From sequence record PV419677.1: 64,000 bases of DNA. One strand, written 5' to 3'. The stretch comes from a phage. The position numbers and the translations under genes are program-made. The notes beneath the pieces are model-generated. The model had not been told where the DNA came from. It did no database searches and worked only from the letters and a program-made list of their open reading frames with translations. Of this stretch, positions 37,232-45,635 are shown one piece after another; within the stretch, counting starts at the first letter, position 1, and every line of letters begins with the position of its first letter.

Positions 37232-37407
37232 TGTTTCACCCATGGTGCCCATGGAGGTGGGTCGTCGTAATATGAGGCCAGGTCGCGTAGAACTTCCAAG
37301 GGGAGGCTAAAACCGTGCTTCTGTATAATCGCATCAAGTTCGTCAACTAGGTCCACACGGGCTTCCGTAGGAGCTTTAGGCTCTTCAAAAAGTTCAAATA
37401 AATCCAT
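37228..37407 (-). CDS. hypothetical small acidic protein (59 aa)
   Basis: ATG overlaps stop of upstream ORF (TAATG); stop overlaps next ATG. Confidence 0.35.
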   Translation of the reverse strand: MDLFELFEEPKAPTEARVDLVDELDAIIQKHGFSLPLEVLRDLASYYDDPPPWAPWVKQ

Positions 37408-37889
37408 TAGTATCCACCGATAGGGCCGTAACCATACATACGAGCGCGCATCTTAGTATCGTGCAGAGCTTCTTCTGTTAAAGTAAAGCGCAGACCAATA
37501 TCAAAGTGTTTCCAAATCTGACGTTCAACTTCAGCAAGGTCTTCAGGTGCAGAAATCAGATATGTGCGACCTTTAAGTCGTTCAGTGGCCATTTTATCTC
37601 TATCTTTATAGAAAATGGTATCTTCGCCATAAAGGTCCGGGTGGCGATAGCCTTTGATGTGTAGAGCTTCGGAAACAGTAAACGGACACCCTTCGGCAAC
37701 ATCAACGTTTTTTCTATGAAATACCTTCAGCATAACGTTTTCTGGCATCGTCAGGTTCATTAATTTTGTTTCCAACTCAGTAACTGAATCCATGCCATTA
37801 TATGGCAAGATAAGACAGGCTGTTGCATCGTAAGGACGTGTCTGTCCAGCGGAATCACGGACATAGAATTCTAATTCATATACTTTCAT
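37407..37889 (-). CDS. hypothetical protein (possible Mrh by position)
   Basis: 160 aa vs T4 Mrh 161 aa, same slot between modB and soc; synteny only. Confidence 0.5.
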   Translation of the reverse strand: MKVYELEFYVRDSAGQTRPYDATACLILPYNGMDSVTELETKLMNLTMPENVMLKVFHRKNVDVAEGCPFTVSEALHIKGYRHPDLYGEDTIFYKDRDKMATERLKGRTYLISAPEDLAEVERQIWKHFDIGLRFTLTEEALHDTKMRARMYGYGPIGGY

Positions 37890-38035
37890 AATGATTTCCT
37901 CTTACCGACTAATGGACCATCAGGAACTTTATTTTCCTTGATGTACTTTTCGTTTTCTTCCATCATTTTACTGCCAATTTTCAAAAGCAAATCCAGTGCT
38001 TCTTTTGCTCGGCGTTCAGCATCTTCTTGTGTCAT
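37886..38035 (-). CDS. hypothetical small protein (49 aa)
   Basis: ATGA overlaps on both sides with track ORFs at 38032 and 37889. Confidence 0.35.
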   Translation of the reverse strand: MTQEDAERRAKEALDLLLKIGSKMMEENEKYIKENKVPDGPLVGKRKSL

Positions 38036-38226
38036 GATTTATCTCCGTAGATATCACGCATCAGTTTAAGCGCTGCTCGTTCAGTCTTCTTTTCCTGCAT
38101 GGCTTTAAGCCCGTTAACGGCCCATTCTTCGGCTTCGCGCTGCATTTCTTCCTCGGCTCTGGCCACCCAGGAATCATCAATCCCTGGAGTAACCAACCAA
38201 TCTTTAAGCCAACTTGTAATTCTCAT
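38032..38226 (-). CDS. hypothetical protein
   Basis: 64 aa. Confidence 0.4.
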   Translation of the reverse strand: MRITSWLKDWLVTPGIDDSWVARAEEEMQREAEEWAVNGLKAMQEKKTERAALKLMRDIYGDKS

Positions 38227-38568
38227 TTAATCACACGAGCTGGAAGACGAATCACAGCTTCCCGAATCATAGGAGGAATAAGACGAATCACCGGTCCACG
38301 AACTAACTGCGGCGGCGGTGACCACAATCGAAGTAGTATCGATACTACTTTGCGCTTGGGCTCTTTGTTCTTGCAGTCGAGTTAAACGTTTTTGTAAGTC
38401 TTCTTCTGACATTGTAGAATATAGGTCTTTTGATTTCGATTTGACCACTTCTTCCATCATGCCATCACCCATGTAAGCATATTCTCTTAGCTTAACATCC
38501 GGCAGGCTAACCGGAACCACACCCTCGTTTGGTTTGGTCTTGAACAAATTTTTGAGCCAACTAATCAT
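38227..38568 (-). CDS. hypothetical protein with Ser-rich C-terminus
   Basis: 113 aa; C-terminal SSYSSYDSGSCDSSSSSCD. Confidence 0.45.
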   Translation of the reverse strand: MISWLKNLFKTKPNEGVVPVSLPDVKLREYAYMGDGMMEEVVKSKSKDLYSTMSEEDLQKRLTRLQEQRAQAQSSIDTTSIVVTAAAVSSWTGDSSYSSYDSGSCDSSSSSCD

Positions 38569-38762
38569 AGGAAACCTCGTTTAAATTCAACTTGACCATC
38601 ATCATAACGGATTTCAATATTGAATTCTAAAGAGTCATCGTCATGCATCATGAATGAATGTACGATAACTTCATCAAACACACCCAATCCGTACTTAAAA
38701 TGGACATCATGGGCAATAATTTCATCTAAAGTTTTGTTTGGTTTAATCCAACGGTTTAACAT
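38565..38762 (-). CDS. hypothetical protein
   Basis: 65 aa. Confidence 0.4.
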   Translation of the reverse strand: MLNRWIKPNKTLDEIIAHDVHFKYGLGVFDEVIVHSFMMHDDDSLEFNIEIRYDDGQVEFKRGFL

Positions 38763-38804
38763 AGTATTCTCCTCTGTAATTGAAATAATTATACCGCTTC
38801 TATT

Positions 38805-38835
38805 AAAAGCAAAAAGGGAACCCGAAGGTTCCCTA
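38805..38835 (-). terminator. rho-independent terminator after soc
   Basis: GGGAACC-UUCG-GGUUCCC hairpin plus U-run. Confidence 0.6.
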
Positions 38836-38838
38836 TAA

Positions 38839-39072
38839 TTAAACTACTGGGGTAGGCGTAAACATCGCCGCGTTCTTAGTTCGCCAATCAGCTGCACTAG
38901 ACGCTACGGTGACATAAGCGGCCTTTTCGGAAGGAAAAGTCTGATAGTGTGCATTCGCAATACGATGCTCATTTGAATAGATTTCAAACGGAACAGATAC
39001 TTCAACACCTTTAACTTCTTTACCTTCACCAGCTGGATGCGTAAAGGTTTTGATATTAACGAAACCACCCAT
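38839..39072 (-). CDS. soc: small outer capsid protein Soc
   Basis: 77 aa; VNIKTF...HYQTFPSEKAAY matches recalled T4 Soc (80 aa). Confidence 0.85.
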   Translation of the reverse strand: MGGFVNIKTFTHPAGEGKEVKGVEVSVPFEIYSNEHRIANAHYQTFPSEKAAYVTVASSAADWRTKNAAMFTPTPVV

Positions 39073-39103
39073 AATTAACTCCTTTGTTGTTTAATTACGG
39101 GTG

Positions 39104-39111
39104 TATTTATA
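39104..39111 (-). promoter_or_regulatory. late promoter (TATAAATA) for soc
   Basis: minus strand TATAAATA about 30 nt upstream of soc ATG. Confidence 0.55.
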
Positions 39112-39113
39112 AC

Positions 39114-39650
39114 TTAATAACCCCGGTCCTGACGAGCGAAGTTTTCAGCATTTTTCAGGTAATACAGTTTAAAGATTTCTTCTGCTGACAGACCAAGACC
39201 ATGGAACATGTTCAGAACAAAGTGCAGGATGTCAATCATCTCAAATTTAATTTCGAGCTGGTCTTCAGGAGACAACTCATCAATACGACGATTACGGAAT
39301 TCAGCATGTTGGGCTTTCCACGGTTTCCAACAACTTGAGGCTGCTTTCTCGCCATTAGACATACCCCCGAGAGAAGTCAGAAGTTCACGGAATTCATCAT
39401 CGACATAATCTTTCTGGTTGCGAAGCCATGCAACAACATCACCTGCAGTAGCCAATTCATCTGGATGTGAGTTATATTCAGGTTTTTCGGTAGCCAGACG
39501 AACTTGCAATGATTTCTGCATATCAAGCATAATCTGCAGCGGGTCAATACCTTTTGTAATTGCATTGTCATAAGCCAGAGCAGCTTTATCAACGCCAGCA
39601 ATCAGTTGTGAACATTCATTAAAATGAGCCATTATATTTTTCCTTATCAA
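39114..39650 (-). CDS. 56: dCTP pyrophosphatase gp56 (MazG-like)
   Basis: 178 aa; position between soc and 61; C-terminal ...FHFVLNMF..GL..EEIFKLYYLKN..NFARQDRGY as recalled for T4 gp56. Confidence 0.7.
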   Translation of the reverse strand: MIRKNIMAHFNECSQLIAGVDKAALAYDNAITKGIDPLQIMLDMQKSLQVRLATEKPEYNSHPDELATAGDVVAWLRNQKDYVDDEFRELLTSLGGMSNGEKAASSCWKPWKAQHAEFRNRRIDELSPEDQLEIKFEMIDILHFVLNMFHGLGLSAEEIFKLYYLKNAENFARQDRGY

Positions 39651-39717
39651 TTCATGTTATTTTGTATGTTAATTATATCATATTGGTTTGAAGCATAAAT
39701 ACACGGAAGGGGGATAT

Positions 39718-39915
39718 ATGCTCAAACTATCTAGTCTAATTCAAGCCATCAAAGGCAGTCGTAAGCGAACGATTCTGGTCCTTTCGATACTCTGTTTAGT
39801 TCTACTCTGGAACTTCGTTGTTGCCCCTGTTGCATTGACACATGGTGTTATATTACCAGTCATTGCACTCGAATCAGTTGTAGATATTTTACTGGCATTA
39901 ATCGGCCTTATATAG
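39718..39915 (+). CDS. hypothetical membrane protein (65 aa)
   Basis: plus-strand ORF from ATG at 39718 with GGAAGGGGG Shine-Dalgarno; two hydrophobic segments; opposite to flanking genes. Confidence 0.4.
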   Translation: MLKLSSLIQAIKGSRKRTILVLSILCLVLLWNFVVAPVALTHGVILPVIALESVVDILLALIGLI

Positions 39916-40033
39916 ATGGAATAATGTGAATATTATTCCATCGGATTTGGAAATTAACCAGTAAGAAAGACAAGAAACATCATGGGCTTTTTAGCTCTTG
40001 ATGTTTTTCTGCGGAACTTACCGGAATTCCTTC

Positions 40034-41062
40034 CTAAACTTTTGCGTACTTCGAAAGTCGCATTCTCGCCATCAACCCTTGAGCAACGTTATCGGCCATA
40101 TATGATTCGATTTGTTCAGGGGTTGCGCCCTCCGATTTAACCATCTCATTTATGTCTTTCGTATGCCATGGTGCATTGTCCCAGAACATAACGGCTTCAC
40201 CCGCTTCAACGAGCTTCTTCATACGTTTAATCGTATCCGGATGTCTTGGCTCGTTGTCCATTACCCATACTCGGGTTTCAGCATAAGGAACGGCTTCCAA
40301 TGCTAATGTTCCACCAGTTATCGCAATGCTGTTAGGGATAAACAAACTATCAATCGGACCTTCCATTACCCACACGCGCTTGCGCTCATCAATCTTGTCT
40401 ACGCCATAGACTTTGGAAGCTTCTGGGTGAGCTTTGATTGTGATATATTTTTGTGGTGCATCTTTGCGAAGAGCTCGTCCTTGGAAAGATTCGATTTCTT
40501 TTTTGCCGTTGAAGATAGGAATAACCAAGCGTGGTTCATTCGTTTCATTCTTATACGTCCCAGGATTAACGGAGTTAACTAATGCAGGCCATTTGTTTGT
40601 AAACCATAACCGGTTCCAAACATTGCTCGGAATACACCGACTTTTTACATACTTAACTATCGGATGCTCTTCTGGTAAAGTATCAATTCTTTCACAAAAA
40701 GCAAGCTCTTCAATAACCGGAGTTTTTTCTGGTTCTTTCGGAGCTTCTGCAACTTCATTACGTTGTCGACCGAAGGCATTCTCCTTATACTTCTCAACCA
40801 TATATTCCCGGTGCAAATCCGGCTCAAACTCTTTTATGTATTTGCTTATATGCGTGGAGTAGTCACAGTTAAAACATTTCACGTAAACCGCACCATCAGA
40901 CGGATTGGTATACGCCCAGAATCGAGCCTTGTGCGAATCTTTCTGGGAGTCACCACAAACCTTGCAACGACAGTTTGCCTTAAATGTGCTCCCGGTGACT
41001 TCTCTATAACGTGGTTGATACGATAAAGCTCTGACTGCAAATTCTCTATCAATATATGACAT
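40034..41062 (-). CDS. 61: DNA primase gp61
   Basis: 342 aa, same length as T4 gp61; zinc ribbon CRCKVCGD...CFNCDY; long collinear match. Confidence 0.9.
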   Translation of the reverse strand: MSYIDREFAVRALSYQPRYREVTGSTFKANCRCKVCGDSQKDSHKARFWAYTNPSDGAVYVKCFNCDYSTHISKYIKEFEPDLHREYMVEKYKENAFGRQRNEVAEAPKEPEKTPVIEELAFCERIDTLPEEHPIVKYVKSRCIPSNVWNRLWFTNKWPALVNSVNPGTYKNETNEPRLVIPIFNGKKEIESFQGRALRKDAPQKYITIKAHPEASKVYGVDKIDERKRVWVMEGPIDSLFIPNSIAITGGTLALEAVPYAETRVWVMDNEPRHPDTIKRMKKLVEAGEAVMFWDNAPWHTKDINEMVKSEGATPEQIESYMADNVAQGLMARMRLSKYAKV

Positions 41063-41281
41063 AGTTTCCTCATTTCAATGCCCCCGAAGGACCATTATAC
41101 TGTAGGTTTATCGTCTTTATTCTTACGCTTTTTTGATGGGATTTGTTCAGGGCCTTTATTGACAACTGCCCCGGAAGTGGTACCTGTTGCGATATTAGTT
41201 GGGTTTCCACCTGCATCACCGGCAACCATATCTTCGTTGATAAAATCTTTGAATGTTTTCATAACACCCCCTTTCCGCTAT

Positions 41282-41473
41282 TTATACAACGAAGATAGCT
41301 TTATCACCATTTGCATCAGTCACTTCATAAGTGTCTTCATGATACAACGGAATAATCCAGGTAACACCATCATCAGCGATAACATGGATTGCTTCTTGGT
41401 CTTGCGACACGATTTCATATTCTTCAAAAATCTGGAAGACCGAAATCTTAGAGCCCGTACACATTGCAGTCAT
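41282..41473 (-). CDS. hypothetical protein
   Basis: 63 aa. Confidence 0.4.
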   Translation of the reverse strand: MTAMCTGSKISVFQIFEEYEIVSQDQEAIHVIADDGVTWIIPLYHEDTYEVTDANGDKAIFVV

Positions 41474-41474
41474 A

Positions 41475-41843
41475 TTAACCTCGCTTCATGAAAGCATTAA
41501 AAATCTGGTCATCAATATCAGTAGGCGGTTCTTGAGATTTAACCCAGCCAGCATCCAGAATGTCATTTGCTTCAGTAGATAGCATGACCCCAATTTCAGG
41601 ATTTCCGGTTATCCACGCTGCACAATCGCGTACATTCTTTTTATCAAATGGATAGCCACGAGTATCTTCATAAGGCCCATTCATTACCATAAATGAGCGA
41701 GCCTTTATGATAACGCCATCTTTAACAATAATATAACCAATCGCCTGATTATAACGAGGCTCGCGGAATTCATAATGAGCATTACCATCATTATTTTTAA
41801 CTAATTCAAAATTCAGATAAGACAAATCGCTTTGAATATACAT
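41475..41843 (-). CDS. hypothetical protein (shares C-terminal DDQIFNAFMKR with next ORF)
   Basis: 122 aa. Confidence 0.5.
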   Translation of the reverse strand: MYIQSDLSYLNFELVKNNDGNAHYEFREPRYNQAIGYIIVKDGVIIKARSFMVMNGPYEDTRGYPFDKKNVRDCAAWITGNPEIGVMLSTEANDILDAGWVKSQEPPTDIDDQIFNAFMKRG

Positions 41844-41844
41844 A

Positions 41845-42282
41845 TTAATCTCGCTTCATAAAGGCATTAAAAATTTGGTCGTCAACTGAATATACAGGGG
41901 TTTCCAGAAGTTTCAAAAGACTGTTTTTAATGTACTTACCCGGGATACCCATATTAACAATACTGTCATTCAATTCATTGTTAGGATTGATGTCTTTAAA
42001 TTCAAACCCATCAAATTCAACCTTGTCAGGAATACCATCAGCGAAAAAATAAACCAATTGGTGCATTGTATTGCATGAAAATAATTTAGACTTGACTGCA
42101 ATAAGTTCTTGCCAATGGTTTAATTCTTTGTTAAGAAGCTTATGAGCAAACGTAATTCTATCATCACTATCAACAAGAAAATAACCCAGGTATTGAATTT
42201 CGTCGCTCCAAAACACCCGGTATGCCTGTGCATTTGGATTTTTACAGCGAAGTTTTTTGATAACTAAATTTCTGTTAATCAT
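41845..42282 (-). CDS. hypothetical protein (shares C-terminal DDQIFNAFMKR with previous ORF)
   Basis: 145 aa from ATG at 42282 (AGGTG Shine-Dalgarno) just after sp stop. Confidence 0.5.
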   Translation of the reverse strand: MINRNLVIKKLRCKNPNAQAYRVFWSDEIQYLGYFLVDSDDRITFAHKLLNKELNHWQELIAVKSKLFSCNTMHQLVYFFADGIPDKVEFDGFEFKDINPNNELNDSIVNMGIPGKYIKNSLLKLLETPVYSVDDQIFNAFMKRD

Positions 42283-42283
42283 T

Positions 42284-42577
42284 TTATTCACCTGTAACCC
42301 ATTGAACAATTTTGCTATTGTCAAATGAAGCATCGCAATACAGAACATAGTTATACTGCATAACGTCACCAGAAGTCAATTGGTCAGATACTTCTTTAAC
42401 CATATCAGGGTGGTCACGTTTAGTTATGTTCATGATATCAGCATAAATCTGATGTTCAACATCAGTCTGGTCGGCAGTCATAGACCACTCACAAAGGTCT
42501 TTATCAAGTCCAGCAGTAACTGGAGCTGTACCACATGATGCTACGGTAAGAATTGCCGCGATTAATAACTTTTTCAT
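42284..42577 (-). CDS. sp: Spackle periplasmic protein (superinfection exclusion)
   Basis: 97 aa, same length as T4 Sp; signal peptide; DKDLCEWSMTADQT...VMQYNYVLYCD matches recalled Sp. Confidence 0.85.
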   Translation of the reverse strand: MKKLLIAAILTVASCGTAPVTAGLDKDLCEWSMTADQTDVEHQIYADIMNITKRDHPDMVKEVSDQLTSGDVMQYNYVLYCDASFDNSKIVQWVTGE

Positions 42578-42580
42578 TTC

Positions 42581-42635
42581 AATCTCCTCAGTAGTTGATA
42601 GGGATAATATACAGCATTACCCCTTTGTTGTACAC
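42581..42635 (-). promoter_or_regulatory. early promoter cassette (type A) upstream of sp
   Basis: GTGTACA-N17-TATATT; leader AUCAACUACUGAGGAG. Confidence 0.5.
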
Positions 42636-42874
42636 TATTTTAATGCATCTTCCAGATAAATTTTGCGGAATTTGCGTTTTGTCTGACGAATCTGACGCTT
42701 GGTAGGTTTCACAGGAAATTCGAAGAACTCTACGTATTCTTGTTCATAATCATTGTGGCCGACTGAAAGAACTAGTTCCCAGCTGCTTACGGTGCGTTGG
42801 ATAAACATATTATGCTTACCAAAAGATTTATTCCAAAAAGAACTAGGGGTAGGTTTCATTAATGTGATATTCAT
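42635..42874 (-). CDS. hypothetical protein
   Basis: 79 aa. Confidence 0.45.
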   Translation of the reverse strand: MNITLMKPTPSSFWNKSFGKHNMFIQRTVSSWELVLSVGHNDYEQEYVEFFEFPVKPTKRQIRQTKRKFRKIYLEDALK

Positions 42875-43081
42875 TTAAATTTCCTCAATGCGGCGGGCAT
42901 CATATTCAAAAACTTTATTGTCATTAACAAAGGCTTTAACCAGCGCATTATTCACTTCTGCATACTGCACTGTAACCCATTCAATCATATTTTGGTCACT
43001 AACATCCAGCGCGGTTTCTTTGGTAAACATATTACCATTTTCAAACCAACCAATAAATACTACGTTTTCTAATTTATACAT
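42875..43081 (-). CDS. dmd: Dmd antitoxin (discriminator of mRNA degradation)
   Basis: 68 aa; VVFIGWFENGNMFTKE...QYAEVNNALVKAF matches recalled T4 Dmd (60 aa). Confidence 0.8.
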   Translation of the reverse strand: MYKLENVVFIGWFENGNMFTKETALDVSDQNMIEWVTVQYAEVNNALVKAFVNDNKVFEYDARRIEEI

Positions 43082-43399
43082 TTAGATTTCCTCGCAGAAG
43101 GCCCAGGCAGCGTGATAAACTGTTGCGCCTTTAGTATCATTTAAACAAACCACGTCAACCGGTGCAATCACACGATAAAGACGGGGTTCTCCTCCATATG
43201 AGCGGGCTGCTCTTCCTGCATAGATACGGGCCAAACCAATATCTTCAGTAAAAAACACACGCCCTAAATTTTTCTTGCGCCCAACTTCTGACAGAACACC
43301 AGTTGCATCAGGAGGGCAAAGCATATTTTGGATTCCAGCATTAGAGCTTGAGCCATGATAATAAACTTTGTATTCCGCCTTGCAATCAATAGTTTTCAT
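43082..43399 (-). CDS. hypothetical protein
   Basis: 105 aa; Gly/Arg-rich; no T4 counterpart recalled between dmd and 41. Confidence 0.5.
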   Translation of the reverse strand: MKTIDCKAEYKVYYHGSSSNAGIQNMLCPPDATGVLSEVGRKKNLGRVFFTEDIGLARIYAGRAARSYGGEPRLYRVIAPVDVVCLNDTKGATVYHAAWAFCEEI

Positions 43400-43415
43400 T
43401 TTATTCTCCAGTAGT

Positions 43416-43462
43416 TGATAGAGTCATTATAACATAAGAAAAAGGGGCTGTAAGCCCCTTTG
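43416..43462 (-). promoter_or_regulatory. hairpin plus early promoter
   Basis: AGGGGC-UUACA-GCCCCU hairpin with U-run then TATAAT and AUCAACUACUGGAG leader. Confidence 0.45.
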
Positions 43463-43467
43463 TTCAC

Positions 43468-43770
43468 TTACGCCAACTCATAGTTGTGCATAGTCAGACA
43501 ACGAATTTTCCCAGTAGTTGGGTGCATAACAGTCACACTAATTGTGTAATCATCACACACGTTAACAAAAGGTTCAGCGATAACATATACTGCCCCACCC
43601 GCCAACAGGTATTCACGAAGAGAGCTGCGAACAGATGAAGGTTGAACATCGCTTTTGAGCTTTATTAATTTACCAGTTTGAATGCCTGATGCGATAAGAG
43701 CAGCACAGTTTTCATCACGGCGAGCGAATTGTCCAAAATAGTAACGATTCATGTCGGTTTGATTAAACAT
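43468..43770 (-). CDS. hypothetical protein
   Basis: 100 aa; no T4 counterpart recalled between dmd and 41. Confidence 0.5.
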   Translation of the reverse strand: MFNQTDMNRYYFGQFARRDENCAALIASGIQTGKLIKLKSDVQPSSVRSSLREYLLAGGAVYVIAEPFVNVCDDYTISVTVMHPTTGKIRCLTMHNYELA

Positions 43771-43794
43771 ATGGTTTTCCTTTTAACAGTTGGT

Positions 43795-43852
43795 TTATTG
43801 TGTAACTCAGTATGGAATCATTATGTCCTAAGACAAGGGGCTTGTACACCCC
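43795..43852 (-). promoter_or_regulatory. early promoter cassette (type B leader)
   Basis: -35 GTGTACA sits in loop of AAGGGG/CCCCUU hairpin. Confidence 0.5.
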
Positions 43853-43866
43853 TTTTTAAAAATATT

Positions 43867-45306
43867 TTAAAATTTCATTTGAGCAGCAAGGTCATCCAGG
43901 TCGCTCCTGTTGACCCTGGTTTGTCGATTCATTTCGGCCTGGCGATTCATCTCACCGGTGGCTTCTTTAACCGTAGGGCCTTGTTTAGGAGCCGAATCAT
44001 CATCAACCTCATACCAGCGCTGATTACCTTTCTTAACACCCATCTTGAATTTATTATAGTAGTTCTTATCACCATAACGAGACTTAAGCTGTTTGATTAA
44101 CTGCAGCCCCATTTGAGCGAATTCTTCGGTCTCAACAACACCCAACATAAAGTCAGCCGTGTGAGCAATACCAAAGGATTCTGCAATGTCAGCCATATCA
44201 ATCTCGGCTGCAACGTTAGCGCCCCTGGTTGTCTGCGCTGCAGTCCACAAGACCACATTTTTCTCAACTGCCAACCCACGAAGTTCTTCTGCAACCATCT
44301 TAATCAGACCGTAACTGTTTTCGGTAAACGTTTTCAGTCTTGAGCTTGCACAGATTGCCAGGTAGTCAACAATAATCACATCCGGTACAAACCCTTGCTT
44401 CAGTTTGTATTCGTTCAGTAATGCACGGAAAGTATCCGCATGAGCACCACCAGTTGGATATTGTTTTATCTTCAGAGTCCCAAGAGTCCCGGAAGCACGC
44501 CATTTTTCCATCTTAGCTTTATATTCTGCCCATGATATATGACCTTCATCAATATCATCCAGAGACACATCCAGCAAGTTGGCATCAATACGTTTGGCAC
44601 ATACTTCTTCGGCCATTTCCATGCTTATATAAAGAACGTTATGACCAGTCTGAAGATAGTCAGCCGCTAACGAACAAAGTCCTAGAGATTTCCCGACGTT
44701 TGTCCCGGCCAGTAAAACGTTCTCTGTACCATACTCAACTCCACCCTTCGTGATTTTATTCAGGATGTTAATGCGGAACGGAACCTTTTTCGATTTGTTC
44801 AGATAAGTCTGGAATCGAGCTTCGTAATCGTTTAACCAGTCATGGCCCAGGGCAGAGTCAAAACAGATAGATAATGCATCACGCATGATATCAGGGATAG
44901 CACCAATATCCGGGATTCGTTTATCACGTTTATCTTTCGGAAGTTCGGCATTGCTCTGGATTTCGATAATCCTGGATGTAGCATTGAACATCGCAGACTT
45001 CTGTACATACTTCTCGGTTTCTCTAACCAACCATTCCTGGTCTTCTGGAGTATCGGCCAAGACTCCTAAGAGTTTCTTGGTGCCTTCATATTCAACTTCA
45101 GAAAGGTCAGAACTGTCGAGCGCGATATCAAGTGCAGTCTTAGTTGGCACCGCCTGATATTCTTTTACGTGTTCGTTAATCGTATTAAAAAGGGTCTTCG
45201 CTGGACCCTTTTCAAAATATGTGCTATTCAGATATGGCCAGACTTTAACAAAATATTCCTTGTTAAAGAGCAGCTGGGATAAAATAGTTTCTACCACTTC
45301 CACCAC
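43867..45306 (-). CDS. 41: replicative DNA helicase gp41
   Basis: 479 aa (T4 475 aa); DnaB-like; Walker A GTNVGKS. Confidence 0.9.
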   Translation of the reverse strand: MVEVVETILSQLLFNKEYFVKVWPYLNSTYFEKGPAKTLFNTINEHVKEYQAVPTKTALDIALDSSDLSEVEYEGTKKLLGVLADTPEDQEWLVRETEKYVQKSAMFNATSRIIEIQSNAELPKDKRDKRIPDIGAIPDIMRDALSICFDSALGHDWLNDYEARFQTYLNKSKKVPFRINILNKITKGGVEYGTENVLLAGTNVGKSLGLCSLAADYLQTGHNVLYISMEMAEEVCAKRIDANLLDVSLDDIDEGHISWAEYKAKMEKWRASGTLGTLKIKQYPTGGAHADTFRALLNEYKLKQGFVPDVIIVDYLAICASSRLKTFTENSYGLIKMVAEELRGLAVEKNVVLWTAAQTTRGANVAAEIDMADIAESFGIAHTADFMLGVVETEEFAQMGLQLIKQLKSRYGDKNYYNKFKMGVKKGNQRWYEVDDDSAPKQGPTVKEATGEMNRQAEMNRQTRVNRSDLDDLAAQMKF

Positions 45307-45635
45307 CTCTTTTTCATTTTAATCTTATCAATTTCATCTTGTATTTGCATTGTAACACACTTTTCTACATGCACTGCAAGCTCCGCTTTGCGGTCTTCAG
45401 AAGGGGTGCCGAAATCAACTGAAACTTTTCCCGATGGTTCAATTTTAATTCCGGTTACGTACACAATGTGATTGGACCCATCAGGGAGTGATAACAGAAT
45501 TTCCTGCCGTACAGTTCCCATGGATTGCCGGATAATCTCCAAACTTTTTTCGTAGTAAGGTACAGAAGGAGCCTTAGCTCCCTCCGCATCTTTCTCGAAA
45601 TTATCTAAATCAGATAAATCGATATCATTCATCAA
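45291..45635 (-). CDS. 40: probable head vertex assembly protein gp40
   Basis: 114 aa; position between 41 and uvsX; C-terminal KKRWWKW membrane-association-like tail. Confidence 0.55.
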   Translation of the reverse strand: MMNDIDLSDLDNFEKDAEGAKAPSVPYYEKSLEIIRQSMGTVRQEILLSLPDGSNHIVYVTGIKIEPSGKVSVDFGTPSEDRKAELAVHVEKCVTMQIQDEIDKIKMKKRWWKW

